Origin: Octopus sinensis
Lineage: Eukaryota
Length of the DNA: 64,000 bases
Direction of reading: 5' to 3'
Assembly: GCF_006345805.1 (NCBI RefSeq)
Contig: NC_043006.1
Coordinates: 19,220,001-19,284,000 of the forward strand
Program-made: the position numbers and the translations under genes
Shown: positions 15,226 to 28,393 of the stretch, piece after piece
Layout: every line of letters starts with the position of its first letter
Numbering within the stretch: position 1 is the first letter of the stretch
Notes under the pieces: generated by a model
What the model was told of the DNA's origin: nothing
The model's database searches: none
What the model saw: the letters and a program-made list of their open reading frames with translations, nothing else

Positions 15226-15290
15226 ATATAAATATATTACATATATAGATATATAAATATATTACATATATAGATATATAAATATATTAC

Positions 15291-16052
15291 ATATGGGAGT
15301 AACAGTGGACAACAACATAAGCTGGGCTACACATATAAGCAGCAAAGTTGACATGGCCCGCAGAATGTGTTCCTGGATTTTCAGAACCTTCCAGTCGAGA
15401 GATTCCCACACTATTATCCTTCTCTTCTCCACTTTTGCCCGACCCCACCTTGAATACTGCTCTCCACTGTGGTCTCCCTACACAAAACAAAATATTATGA
15501 GAATTGAAGCTACCCAAAGGTCAATCACAAAAAAGATAGATGGCATGTCAGACCTTGACTACTGGGGTAGACTAGAGAACCTGAAATTGTATTCACTCCA
15601 ACGACGCCGTGAACGCTACATTATCTGTATGATGTGGAAAATATTCCATCAGCACTGTCCGAATGATGTTGGCATCACCTTCAAAATACATCAAAGGCTT
15701 GGACCACGTGCCATCCGTCCACAACAAAAATCTAAATCGCATCACATAACGACAATACGGCACAACTATTTCACCTCAATTAGAGCGGTTCTCTTCAACA
15801 TTACACCAGGACACGTCAAAAAAGAAACTGACCACACAAAATTCAAGAAGTCTTTGGACAAATTCCTTCAAACAGTACCGGACAAACCACCCACACCCGG
15901 ATATGTCTCCGCAAACAATAACTCTCTGCTCGAATGGGCCTTGGTGCCCAAATCCTGAACTGAAAGACTTCGCCAGGTGGTGCTATTAAGTTAGACATGG
16001 CCCGGGCCAATACTGGCCAAAACCTTTCTAAGTTATTCTAAGTTATATATAA
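15291..16052 (+). mobile_element. CR1-type LINE, 5'-truncated (RT C-terminus ORF 15293-15958 + 3' UTR + short tandem tail)
   Basis: Open 221-aa frame GVTVDNNISW..H..RPHLEYCSPLWSP..IEATQR..TK..DYWGRL..LKLYSLQRRRER..PDKP..PGY..NNSLLEW; tail ttctaagttattctaagt. Confidence 0.9.
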
Positions 16053-16151
16053 ATATATACATGTATAGATATATAAATATATTACATATATATATTAATA
16101 TATATATTAATATATATAAATATATATATATATAAATATATTACATATATA

Positions 16152-16442
16152 CCAGGTCAACATATAAGTTCTCTCCGATTTAATCTTTTTTAAAATTGAA
16201 TGAAATTTGATAGTAATTTAGAATATCTAATGGAATTTAAAATTATGTTATGCATTGTGTACACTTTAACTAATTAAATATTATTTTACAGAATAATAGA
16301 ATTAATATTTGTTTCATTAAAACAAATAATCCTTTCTGTTTACAAAAAAGGAAACTCTGCAACCGAAGAGACTCACTCAGTATATATTGCACTGACTTCT
16401 TCTTCTTCTTTCTTCTTCTTCTTCTTCTTCTTCTTCTTCTGC

Positions 16443-16475
<33 letters not shown>

Positions 16476-17232
16476 GGATCGGGATTTTGTGGTGAGTGGC
16501 TATTCGAATTACATCAATCCCAGGGCTCAACTAGTACTTGTTTTCTAGATCCCAACATGATGTACACAAAAGCAGATTTCGGCACATTGAACTCTGAAAG
16601 TAGAGAGTCAGAAAAAATGCCATTAACGTGTCTGCCAAGACAAAAAATAATTGCAAAATTAATTTTGGTACAAGGCCAACAGCTTTAATGGGAAATGGTA
16701 AGTTGACTATCATGACCGCAGAACTTGAGTGGTACTTTATTGTATCCACTTGGGTGGTATGAATAACAAAACTGACAGTTTATGGGAAAGAATGTTTGAA
16801 TGAAAGAAATTGCAGAAGATGTTTTGCAAAATACTGAAGTGGAGAATTCAGCCTTGAAGATGAAGATTGAACAAGATGTCTAGTTGAGTTTGATGATAAA
16901 CACCTTGAGGCATTACTTGAAGAAAATCCTGCATTATCAATTCAAGATTTGGCAATAAATCTTAGGTCAGACCATGCAATTTTTTATCATCTTCAACAAC
17001 TTGGAAAGGTACCTAAACTTGGAAAACCGGTGCATCCTGAATTGTCCGAAAGCAAGTACAAATCCCGAGTTGGCATCTGCTCTTCTCTCTATTCTCGCGA
17101 ACTCATTTCACCCTTTTTGGATAGACTTGTGACTGGTAACAAAAATGGATCTTCTATCGAAATGTTAAACGACGTAAACAGTGGCTTGGTAAAAGGGAAA
17201 AAACTGAACCACAACCAAGAAGAGAACTTATA
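16152..17232 (+). mobile_element. Decayed mariner-type transposon (left end + N-terminal half of transposase), interrupted at 16371-16773
   Basis: TA|ccaggtcaacatataagttc start; LFCLQKGNSATE (16330-16368), resuming VYGKECLNER..SGEFSLEDE..LEENP..LGKVPKLGK..PFLDRLVTG.KKWIFY.NVKRRKQW. Confidence 0.85.
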
Positions 17233-18169
17233 ATTGAATTCGAATTAAATTTAATTGAAATCAATTCAATTTAAAATTATAGCCAATCTTCAGGTTAACA
17301 ATAATAGTTAAATATATAAGCAAATAGAGTTAGACAATTCGGCTTTTTTACGCAAGAGAAATCCAGTTGTCTAGTTAATGATATTGAATTTGGCAGGTGA
17401 CACTTTGTTCATAAGTGGCGTCAGAGTCCATCTTACTATGGTAGCGAAACCGGAGATATTTGTAAAAATGGGTTGGATATCTTAGTATATGGATGGTGCG
17501 AGGAAGAAAAGACGAAGTGGTAATGGGTTTGTTAGATAGAAGCAAATAATGCTGGATTGTTTTGATAAAGAGAGGTATCTTACATAAAGTTCGAATTTCG
17601 TGGCTTAGATGTCAAGAAAAATATAGCACCGCCTTATCTTCTCCAACCAAAATAACTGTTCATCTACTAAAATCAGAAACCTCTATACTTCATGTGCAGA
17701 GATAATAGTAAGATCATCGGCTGAAGTGCTTTGGTATGTATGTTCCCTCACTTAACCTTCTGTGTACAAATCCTACTGAGGTAAGTTTTGTTATTCATAC
17801 CATCCAAGTGGATACAATAAAGTACCACTCAAGTTCTGCGGTCATGATAGTCAACTTACCATTTCCCATTAAAGCTGTTGGCCTTATACCGAAATTAATT
17901 TTGCTATTATTTTTTGTCTTGGCAGACTCGTTAATGGCATGTTTTCTGACTCTCTACTTTTAGAGTTCAATGTGCCGAAATCTGCTTTTGTGTACATCAT
18001 TTTGGGATCTAGAAAACAAGTACTAGTTGAGCCCAGGGCTTGGTGTAATTCGAATAGCCACTCACCACAAAATCCCGATCCTGTGGCTATTGTAGAAGAA
18101 ATAATAATAATAATAATAATAATAATGATAATCAGAATAAGAAGTCAGTGCAATATATACTGAGTGAGT
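16371..18169. repeat. Long inverted repeat: arms 16371-16773 and 17784-18169
   Basis: Arms are reverse complements (e.g. actcactcagtatatattgcactgacttc / gaagtcagtgcaatatatactgagtgagt), roughly 90-95% identical outside microsatellites. Confidence 0.93.
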
Positions 18170-18234
18170 GTAGTATACTAGCACAAGAGGAGTACTACGT
18201 AGGTAAAAGAGTACTAATCGAGTATGTTGCTTCA

Positions 18235-18730
18235 AAACAAACAGAAAAATGGTATGAACAAGAAACGTAGGCTGCGATAGATAATGAGAATTACAAGATA
18301 TTGTGAGACTTTGCTATAAAGGTTGACCATACTACGGAGACAAGCCGACCAGGCCTGATTATAGAGGACAAAATAGGCCAACAGTGCAAGATCACGAATC
18401 TTACAATTCCCTGTGATGGCAGAGTTGATACCAGAGAAATGGGAAGAAATTGTGAAATACCAGGATCTAGCTAGAAAGCTGAGGAGACTTTGGAAGGCTA
18501 AAAACAACAATTATTCCTGTCGCAATAAGCGCACTTGATACAACACCCAAAAATGCTACCTAAAGGACTGAAAGAAATTGAAACTGAAACTTGCATTATC
18601 GACCTGCAGAAAAGCATTATTCTGCAAGAATTCCAACAAAAGACTCTTGAGATTTGAAGTCACTTGTTAACACTACGCCTCCAAATAAAGTACCTTCTAA
18701 CTAAATTAGCAAACACTTGCATAATAATAA
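18235..18730 (+). mobile_element. R4/Dong-type non-LTR retrotransposon 3' fragment (restriction-like endonuclease)
   Basis: WYEQE..DNENYKIL*DF..D..RP.LII.DK..C.I..IPCDGRV..KYQDLAR..LW..IPV.I.AL..DLQKSII, ending at (taa)3. Confidence 0.75.
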
Positions 18731-18731
18731 T

Positions 18732-18907
18732 GATTTCAAATTTTGGTACAAGGTCAGCAATTTTGGAAGATAGAGTAAGTTGATTACATCGAACCCAGGG
18801 TTAATCTGATACATATTTTTTCGGCCCCGAATGTATGAAAGGCAAAGTCAACCTCGGCAGAATTTGAACACAGAACGTAACGACGGGAGAAATGCCGCTA
18901 AGCATAC
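18732..18907 (-). mobile_element. SINE family E (degenerate)
   Basis: Contains gaaaggcaaagtcaacctcggcagaatttgaac and ggtacaagg; homologous to 44105-44878 and 59820-60200. Confidence 0.75.
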
Positions 18908-19358
18908 TACTAAAAGCTTATTGATCTTACAATAAGAGGTAAAATTTAAATGGTTTTTAGCAGCTCTGTTAACAAATACATGCAGGATTCAATTCGGAAG
19001 AGATAGCCGAGATAATCGGACACAAGAATGCTTAGGTACATACATACAAACATATGTGTGAATAAAAAATTCAATGGCTTTATAATTTAACGGCATGTGT
19101 TATCCAGAAATGTAAACTTGGAATAAGATATTTTCAGATAACGAGTGTAGTAAACAGAATTAATCTCTACGATTACAGATCTGATGCACGTGATCTAAGC
19201 GAAATAAGTAAATATTTAGTTAAGATATCACAATTTGTGTAATAAGCAGCAGATGCAGCGGGGCGTTCTCAGTAATATGCAACTAGAACCGTACAAACAA
19301 ACACTACTCACAAATAGCTTAGATAATTGTTAATAAGATCATAGTATAAAGCATCTAT

Positions 19359-19401
<43 letters not shown>

Positions 19402-19476
19402 TATAGATAGATATAGATAGATATAAACATACATACATATATACACGCATACATATACACATATATATATATACAT

Positions 19477-19519
<43 letters not shown>

Positions 19520-19685
19520 CACTCACACATATATATCCACACACAAACACATATATACATATATACGCACGCACACACACATATATATATATATATATAC
19601 CTATATACATACTCATCTATCTCGCTATCTCTCTCTATATATATACACACACACACACATATATATATATACATACATACATACA

Positions 19686-19898
19686 TTCAAAATGTGACCG
19701 CGTGTGTACCGTTGGCGATTTTTTTCCTCTGTCTTCCCTTCTCTGGATCTTTCCTTCTCCTATGTTTCCGACGAAGAGCTCCGCTCGAAACGTTAAACCC
19801 TCCTTCTTTCCTTCTTTTTTGAGCGTCCAATAATACTATATTTGTTCCACGTCCTCGCGTTGTTGTGTTTTTTTTTTGTGCTTTCTTGTTTGGATTAA

Positions 19899-19902
<4 letters not shown>
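19686..19902 (+). mobile_element. PLE pLTR-type end fragment with hammerhead-like motif (19764-19798)
   Basis: gttt-CCGACGA-a-GAGC tcc GCTC-GAAA-cg-TT-aaac (one core change, U4C). The downstream 80 bp recur inverted at 25838-25917. Microsatellites on both sides. Confidence 0.72.
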
Positions 19903-19931
<29 letters not shown>

Positions 19932-20581
19932 CATACATACATGTGCACACACCAGAGTGTACTCGTCATATGACAGGTGACTCTAGAAGTATACTTTTAC
20001 GACGATGAGTAATGTCAGGCCAGAATGTATATAAACAATCATAATTTTATTTATACTAAGTTTTTAATTCTTATATAAAGGAAATGAATTTTAAATTCTC
20101 AGAGCTTGTTTGTTAGCTTTCTTTATCCCCTCAGAATTTAATAAAACCTTTTTCATTTGCATAATTTCCACTGGGGTCATTTGTTTCCTCACCTCGTTTT
20201 CTGCTCTTGTGATTGAGTCTCTCTACTCAGCTTGCACTTCTTAACTGTCTCCCTCTCAGTCCAATGTAATGCGGGATTGGAGAAATCAACCAACCACGCT
20301 GCCATTTATCTGCTATTATAACATAGATATAAACATAGATAAGAATGCAAACCGTATTTCGTGTTTTAATGTGTAGAGAAATTGGGTGGAGACTTCTGTC
20401 AGATCACTTCGAGATTTGTTGAAAGCTCATCGGATAAACTTGCATCTTTCCCCTCCGCCAACAGTAGCGTGCCATATTTAACTATTATATATAATGACCA
20501 TACATTAGGCTATCACCGTAATGGATAGATTAATTTGCCTATTCCTGGGTTTGACAAATCGTTATTAATATAACAAATACA

Positions 20582-20634
<53 letters not shown>

Positions 20635-20639
20635 GAATA

Positions 20640-20845
20640 ATGGTTTCAAATTTTGCTACAAGGGCAGTCATTTTGGGGGAGAGGATGAGTCCATTAGATG
20701 GACCCCAGTGTTCAGCTTGTACCTATTTTATCCACACCGAAAGAATGAAAAGTAAAGTTGACCTCGCCGGCATTTGAAACAGTATGTACAGACGCACCGG
20801 GGCAAAATGCCTAGTGGCATTTTGCCCGGTGTTCTAACGATTCAG
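20640..20845 (-). mobile_element. SINE family E (degenerate)
   Basis: aaattttgctacaagggc...gaccccagtg...aaagttgacctcgccggcatttgaa...gggcaaaatgcc. Confidence 0.65.
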
Positions 20846-21608
20846 CCAAATAATAATAATAATAATAATAATATTTGAAGCAGCACTCACTTTTATATGC
20901 CTTTGTGATAAGAGGGATATCCTCCTTACAGACCATTTATTATTGTATTGTCTGTGTGTGTATGTATATGAATATTTGTATAAATGTATGTACATGTATC
21001 TGCGTATGCCTACGTTACTGTGTGCACGTACGTGTGAATGTGATGTTTCTATATATGTGTCTGTATGTCTGTGTGTACGTATATATGTGTGTGTGTATAT
21101 GTGCGTATATGTATGTGTGTCCATATATATGTGTGTGTGTGTTCATATATATGTGTGCATGTGCCTCTGTGTGTGCGTATATATGTGTGTATATGCCTGC
21201 ATGTGAGCATATATGTGTACTTGTATGCTTAAATGATTGTCTGCTGAAAATATATCACTGTTTCGCTTTGAAAAATATAACATAAAAACTATTAATTTTC
21301 ACATATTTATCTCTCTTTCCAACTATTTTTGTATGAATTTATTTTTATATCAAGGAGGGAAACGAATGTAGTTTTTACGAAAACTGTCGATTCTTATCAG
21401 ATGCAAAAGACATTTGCAATAAACAGAAGCAAATGTTTCAGATGAGATCTCACCTCTCAACATGCCGAATGATTTTTTCATCTTTTTTTTACCTTAACTT
21501 ACAAGACAAAAATAAACGAACTGAATGTCAAATTATATTTAAGATGAAGAAGCGGAATTAAAAGAACAAGAGCGAAAATAGCATGCCCAGGAACAACAAA
21601 AACGGTAA

Positions 21609-21653
<45 letters not shown>

Positions 21654-21941
21654 CAGGAGGTGCAGCAGCAGCAGTAGTAGTTGCAGTAGCAGCATTTCTT
21701 GTAGTGGTAGTAGCAGCAGAGTAATAAATAGTTCAACAGCCAACACGGAAATTACACTCGGTAGACAGTTTGTGATGAAAGATTGTTTAAACTATTATAT
21801 TTCATTCTTATAAATACACACAAAGGTACATGGAGGGTTGGATGGATTGGCTGGATAAATGAGTGAATGAATAGATGGAATTGGTGAGGTAGATGAATGG
21901 GTGTTGTTGAATGTATTGATGGGTGGGGCAGATAGATAGAC

Positions 21942-21972
<31 letters not shown>

Positions 21973-22410
21973 CATATAGATGATAGATAGAAAGATACAC
22001 ACACTGCATATTTGTAAGATGACTTTGAAAAAGTGTACCCCAGAGCAGTTTCTATGCGTACAACTTGCTTAAGATCGCTTGCTGTGTACTCCAGACTACA
22101 GCACTCAGAATCAGATATGGCAAGAGGAATTAAAGACAGCAGCGTTGTACGGAGAAGAGGGGCTCTCCACAGTTCCTGGCTCTGCTGTTACGTGACCCCA
22201 TTGTAGCCGAGGATTTCATGTCAAAATTGTGCTAATACGCTACCCTAGGACCCACAAAGTCTAAAGCTGATTATCTGGTAAATTGAGTAAAGCACCAGCA
22301 CAGTTTTGATTACCTGTTGTTATCCGTAGATTTATTGCAGGAACGTCGTAGTGGCGTTTAGGGTAAAAGAATTAATAAAATAGGGGCTGGCATGTGTAAC
22401 AGACTTCATT

Positions 22411-22452
22411 GGGTATATGTTTCGACCCATTGTGGATCTCTTCAGGTACATG
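22411..22452 (-). ncRNA. Hammerhead-like motif with intact core and helix II
   Basis: Minus strand gtac-CTGAAGA-gatcca caa tgggtc-GAAA-catatac; helix I/III pairing not satisfied. Confidence 0.45.
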
Positions 22453-23028
22453 AATAAAAACTCACACTAGAGATTTCTTGAGTCGGCTTACGTACCGCTA
22501 TATGTCCATCAAATTCGAGAATGAGTAAAATCGGAGAAAAATTAATGAAACGCAGAAGTTTCAAATATGAATGTGGAAAGTATACGTTCTAGTTAGAGAA
22601 AATAGCGTGACTGTAAAGAGAAAGCAAAGGAAGTAGAAGTTGAAAGCAAGATAATACTTAGACTAAAAAAATTGTTTGTGTTCGTATCTAGATGCATATA
22701 TACATACACAGATATATACATATACACCTATATACATACGCACTCACGCACGCACGTTCAAGTATATGAGCACATGCATACAACTAGATACAACCACATA
22801 CGCATACGTATGGATGAATATATATATATATATATACATATATCTATGAACTCATATACTCAGGTATAAAAGTGTATATGTACTTTTATAGCATAGATAG
22901 ATATATGCATAGATTCGTACGTAAAGCAAGCTACAGACGTCTGTGCCAAGCTTCACACAAACACGCACGTGTTAATGCACTCGCGTATACACATAAGTAA
23001 ATATATATACGTATATATAATTAATTCA

Positions 23029-23098
23029 TTTTATGTATTGGCTTAAGTTTTTCATTGTTTGATTTGCCTAATAGTGGTTTTATCTCTAATTTAATATA
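23029..23098 (-). repeat. Single inverted copy of the 113-bp repeat unit at 37.2-37.5 kb
   Basis: ttttatgtattggcttaagt...tttgatttgcctaatagtggttttatctctaatttaatata is the near reverse complement of tattaaattagagacaaaaccactattatgcaaatcaaacaaagaaagacttaagccaatacataaaa. Confidence 0.8.
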
Positions 23099-23339
23099 TA
23101 TGCACATATACACACCCACACATATTTCCATACATACACACATACACGTACACATATATGCATATGCACACAAACATACACGCACACAAATATATATATG
23201 TACACATGTTTATGTACACATATAGATATATGAATCTAGAGTGCAAGATTATATGTTAAATCCAAGTTATTCGAATATAGTTCAAGTTCATGTGTATTAA
23301 GTGTTATGGGCTGCATGTATACATCAAGCTATGTATGGT

Positions 23340-25690
23340 CGGGATTGTAATATGTGAATGTGTGTTTACTTGAGTGTAGGCATCTGGGTAATTGTCCAAT
23401 TAGTTTTTTTTATAATACGCTCCTTTGTTAACATTACCGAGAGTGACTCCTCGGGCATAACTGGCATTTCCGGGATACTTAGACAACATGATCCATACTT
23501 AGACACCCGTGTGTCTAAGTATGGATCATGTAACGTCGAATTTTGTCTTCGATTATTTAAGCCTCCAGATATAATCGGGCAGTGATGTTACATGTCTAAG
23601 GATATTTCGAAAGCTGGCGATGCGATTGCGCTATCGATTTTTGATGAAATTGGCGGATGCCCCCGTATATACGTAGGGGGCTCCTCTCGTGTGTATAGTG
23701 CACTTGTATACCACGTTCTTAGTCATTCATTGGTTATCCAAAGGACAATTAGATCTATCTCTGCATGAGCATAAGTGTTTGATATTGTCTTGTGTACATC
23801 GAGCGCTGGAGGGATTGTTTCTGTTCGGTATGTTGGCTATCAATATTATCACTAGGTGTTCTCAGTTTATTCTTTGAATTGTTGCTGGTGTTATTTTTTA
23901 GATGGTTATCATGGATATTGTAATTATTTTTCTGCTGGTAGGTAGTATAATTCGAGTTATAAACGTTGTCTTTAGGTTGGTCATATGAGTTATGGTTGAT
24001 GTCGAGAAGGTTATTTTAAGTTCTGACTAATCTTCGCCTCAGTTTATAGTTGCTAATCCTATGAATATGGTGGTATAAGTTTGAGAAATTTGCATAGGAT
24101 AGTTTTATAGTGCGACGATTGAATATTTTGCTGTACACTCCAATTCTAGGGAAGCAGCAATCAAGTGCGGTGAAAAATTGTTTCGCGATCTTAGATGAGA
24201 GTTTGGAGTACCAGATTGGGTTATACCAAAGGACGTCATGGTTTTATATTTTCGGTTAGGTCTGTTTATCTGGGTGCTTGGAGCGGCAATTCGATTTTGT
24301 GGCGTGGGGTGTTTAATTCGTTGTCTATTACAAGTTTTCTCTAACTCATGGTTGATTCTAATGTGTCTGAGTTTGATTAGTCTTATCTTATGGTTTAGGA
24401 TTCTATTATCTAGGTTTTTGACTTTGTGCGTGTAGTTATTGTAGTGTTTAGTCAGGTTGTTATTATGAATCGTATTATTACTAGTTGAGTTATAAGAGTT
24501 GTTACTACTACTGGCATATTGGATTCTCTCATGGTATTCAACCTTAGCTAAGGCTGAGTTTTAATAAGGTGCGTTATGTTGACTATAATTTCATTTGCGG
24601 ATAACCTGGATATTCTAGCCAAGATGTCATTAACGAGTCTCCTAATTATTGATGGTGGGTGCTTAGATCAAACGTTGATGTATTTCAGGTTTTCATTAGG
24701 TTTATGAAACGGTTCGTGTAGACTAGTATCCAAATCAAGGTAGCATTTAAAAGTTGACTCTACGGTATTCATTGATTATTCTGATAGAGAGTCCATTATT
24801 TATTTTTAATTTATATAGGGATATTTTGTACTTTTCGCCCTGTACTTTGCAACATTTATGTAAGAAGAATAATGCGTCATCTCTGTATAGCCCTCTATTT
24901 AATCAAGAAATATATCATCGTATCTGGGATAGGATGTAAATTACTAAAAGGTCAGTTATTTCAGCAGAATCGAATAAACCCATAACTATGTCAAACGCAT
25001 TCGGAGTATCAAATCTATTCAATAAATTATCAAAATCTACCAAGGTTCCTTGCGCGGCTAGTATTATATAAATTTTGTATCTGAAAAGATCCGAAATATT
25101 TCTAGCAAAGATTAGAGCCTTATTTAAGAGGATAGGTTTAATATTGGCATAATATCCTTCGATATCTAGTTGAATTAATTTGCTATGTTTACTTGTTATT
25201 AGGTGGTTAAACTACCCTATTACTTGTTGGTTGTCAGAACATAGTGCTAGGGTCATTCTAGATCGAAGTTGGAGTATAATACTATCTAATATTCTCCTAC
25301 CAATCCTCCCAATATCATATTTTGAGGGGAAGATTAATCTAACAGAGGGGGCAGTATGGAAGTTTGGCTTGTTATCTTTCAGTTGGATTCGAGGTTTTCG
25401 TGCTGCATTAGGTTCGGTTCTACATATTTAAGTTATTTACTATTTCTAATCAATTTCTATTTATTATTTTGAGTATATCTGTTTGTGCGTGTCTGTATTT
25501 ACCGCATAGTTCATGACGTATAAGATTGTTATAGAGGTTAAAGTCAATAATATAAACATTACCGGTTTTGTCAGCTGATACGATTATTACTTGGGCCATT
25601 TCAAACTCATAAAGCATTTTCCTAAGTTTACGTTGGTGTGGGTGTGTTCTGCTATAGGTTTTGTTTTAGTACATTTACTATTCTTGAAAA
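23340..25690 (-). mobile_element. Older near-full-length Hydra-clade-like PLE (RT + GIY-YIG), heavily mutated
   Basis: VSADKTGNVY / LKDNKPNF..VRLIFPSK.DIG / QLDIEGYYANI / FDIVMGLFDSAE / GLYRDDAL / CSCRDRSNCPLDNQ* / VVYKC..YTGASANFIKNR / GKCQLCPEE; many stops. Confidence 0.82.
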
Positions 25691-25734
25691 TGTCACATAA
25701 CTATTGCAACATTATATATATATATATGTGTATG

Positions 25735-25766
<32 letters not shown>

Positions 25767-25837
25767 CATATATATGTGTGTGTGTGTGTGTGTATGTATA
25801 TATATATGTATGTATATATACATATGTATGTATATAT

Positions 25838-25917
25838 ATAAAGTTAATCCAAAAAGAAAGCACAAAAAACACGACAACGCGAGAACGTGGAACAAATATA
25901 GTATTATTGGACGCTCA
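25838..25917 (-). repeat. Terminal fragment of the 19.7-19.9 kb pLTR-type repeat
   Basis: Near reverse complement of 19823-19900, in a TA array. Confidence 0.75.
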
Positions 25918-26654
25918 TATATATATGTATATATATATATGTGTGTGTGTGTGTGCATGCATGTATATATATATAATATATATATATGTTATATTATATA
26001 TATATTATATTTCTATATGTTATATATATAATATATATATATGTTATATATATATATTATATATATATTATATATCTATATGTTATATATATATATATTA
26101 TATATATTTCTATATGTTATATATATATATTATATATATATTTCTATATGTTATATATATATATTATATTTCTATATGTTATATATATATATAATATTAT
26201 ATATGTTATATATATATTATATATATTCTATATGTTATATATATATATAATATTTATATATGTTATGTATATTTCTATATGTACATCATACATGTATATT
26301 ATATATCTATGATATATATATATATATATACGTATAATATATATATACATCATACATGTATATTATATATCTGATATATATATGTTATATATATATATAT
26401 TATATATATATATATTATATATATATACATCATACATGTATATTATATATCTGATATATATATGTATGTATGTATGTATATTATATATATATACATCATA
26501 CATGTATATTATATATCTATGATATATATATGATATATATATATATGATATATATATCGTACATATATATATACATTATATATCTGTTATATATATATAT
26601 ATATATATATATCAAATATGTATATCATATGCATATATTACATTCTTTTATTTT

Positions 26655-26998
26655 CATTTGTTTCAGTCAATTAGCTTTGGCCATGCTTGAGCACCACCTT
26701 TACTCAAAAATTTGACCCCAGTACCCGTTCTCTCTCGGTCCAGTACTCTATTGGCCCCTCTTGCTGAACCGTAAAATTATTAGGACGTAAACACACCAGC
26801 ATTGACTGTCAGGCGATGTTGGGGAGAAACAAACATATACGTATCTATGACGAGCTTCTTTTCAGTTTCCGTCTACCAAATCTGCTCACAACGCTTTGGA
26901 CAGCCCGAGACTATAGAAGAAGACACTCGTTCCAGGTGTCACGCACTGGGACTGAACACAAAATCCTGTGTTTGGTAAGCAAGCTACTGAACACATAG
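26655..26998 (-). mobile_element. SINE family B (diverged)
   Basis: tttcagtca..ggccatgcttgagcacc...cttttcagtttccgtctaccaaat...gggactgaac. Confidence 0.75.
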
Positions 26999-27324
26999 AC
27001 ACTTTTGAGTATTAAATAGCATTTACTCTGTATCGTGATGAACTGAATTTTTAATTTTACAGAGAAAAATTACCCAATATAAAGCTATAATAATAAACTG
27101 AGTGTACAGAGCGGTTACAATAAAATCCACAAGAAAATTATCAATACATGGTAATACTACCATGTGGGGACAAGCATGTAGCACTGAGTAGTCACCGGTA
27201 ATAGCTAGAATTTATCCAGTAGACTATTAGTAAGTGCATATAATATCCCTGTACTATACGACAACAAAATATTGGTATGCTCTCGTATATATGTATATTA
27301 TATATACATCATATATATCTACAT

Positions 27325-27498
27325 TCAACTTCACGACAGGGGGTGCAGATGAGGGCAGCAACATCGAACTCTCTCATGCACCAAATGGCAATTGCTAAAA
27401 AGCATTCGTGAAGTAAAATCATGTAGGGACACCAAATGGCGGTGCCCCAGCATGGTCACAGCTCGTGAGCTGAAACTAGATAAAATAAAATAAAAATA
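27325..27498 (+). mobile_element. Probable LINE 3' end sharing the terminal motif of SINE family B
   Basis: ggcggtgccccagcatggtcacagctcgtgagctgaaactagataaaataaaa resembles the B tail ggcggtgctccagcatggccgcagtcaaatgactgaaacaagt. Confidence 0.5.
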
Positions 27499-27628
27499 AA
27501 GAATAAATAAATATATATTATAAATATATGTATTATACATATAGATTATATATATAATATATATACATATATATATATAGCTTATATATATCATATATAT
27601 TTGACATATATATTATATATGTAAGTAT

Positions 27629-27894
27629 TACGAATGCTATATTTGAGAACGGCGAAGGAGCAACAGAAAATGCCGTCTACACTTGAAGGAAGCCAGATCA
27701 GAAAGACACTTCATTCTTTCTGGTTTTCTCTACAACCATTCGCTTTTTTTCTCTCCCTTTCTCTTGCTCCTCCTCCTCCCTCCCGTCTTTGACCCGCGAC
27801 GAGAGCTCTGCTACTGTCTTTCTGACCTGGTTTCCTTGAAGTGCAGACGGCATTTTCTGTTGCTCCTTCGCCGTTCTCAAAAATAGCGTTCGTA
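27629..27894. repeat. 80-bp inverted repeat with 106-nt spacer
   Basis: Arms 27629-27708 and 27815-27894; 6 mismatches in 80 bp. Confidence 0.93.
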
Positions 27895-28362
27895 TACTTT
27901 ATCTCGTTCGGCTTAACAGCCCTTCTTGTCTTGTTGTTCTCCTTGTCCTGTCTTTTTCTGTTTATATTTTGTACTGTCGTTACTGTCCTGTTTTTGTTAC
28001 CATTTTTACCCCTCCGCAAAAAGATCTCAAAATGTTATTTAATTTGCTTTTCGCGGGAAGGAAAGTTTCAATCAAAGATGCGTATCGCCTTCACCTTCGA
28101 AACGCAGAATAGATGAAACCATGGCGACTGAAGAAGGGGAATTTTCCTTGTGTTATTTGTCCTGTAATCTATTTTTTCGTTGTTTAAGAAAAATGTCCAG
28201 TTCTTTTGTTTTGTGTTTATGTTTTCGTTTCTCATTGTGTTCGACGTTTTTTTGGTGTCCTGTACCCATTTATGCATGTATGTATACATGTAGAGGTAGG
28301 TACGTACATATATGTATGTATGTATGCATATGTTTTATTTATTAATTTATATATATATATTA

Positions 28363-28393
<31 letters not shown>

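Noticed and set aside
21611-21718. Poly-Ser/poly-Leu/poly-Tyr ORFs
   Set aside because: (TAG)n/(CAG)n trinucleotide repeat without coding context.
23727-23729. In-frame TGA at conserved Cys positions in Hydra-like endonucleases (23727-23729 and 53311-53313), suggesting selenocysteine as in some Naiad PLEs
   Set aside because: Both copies carry many other stops and substitutions, the better-preserved copy at 12.3 kb has TGT at the first site, and no SECIS was recognised. A family consensus would settle it.
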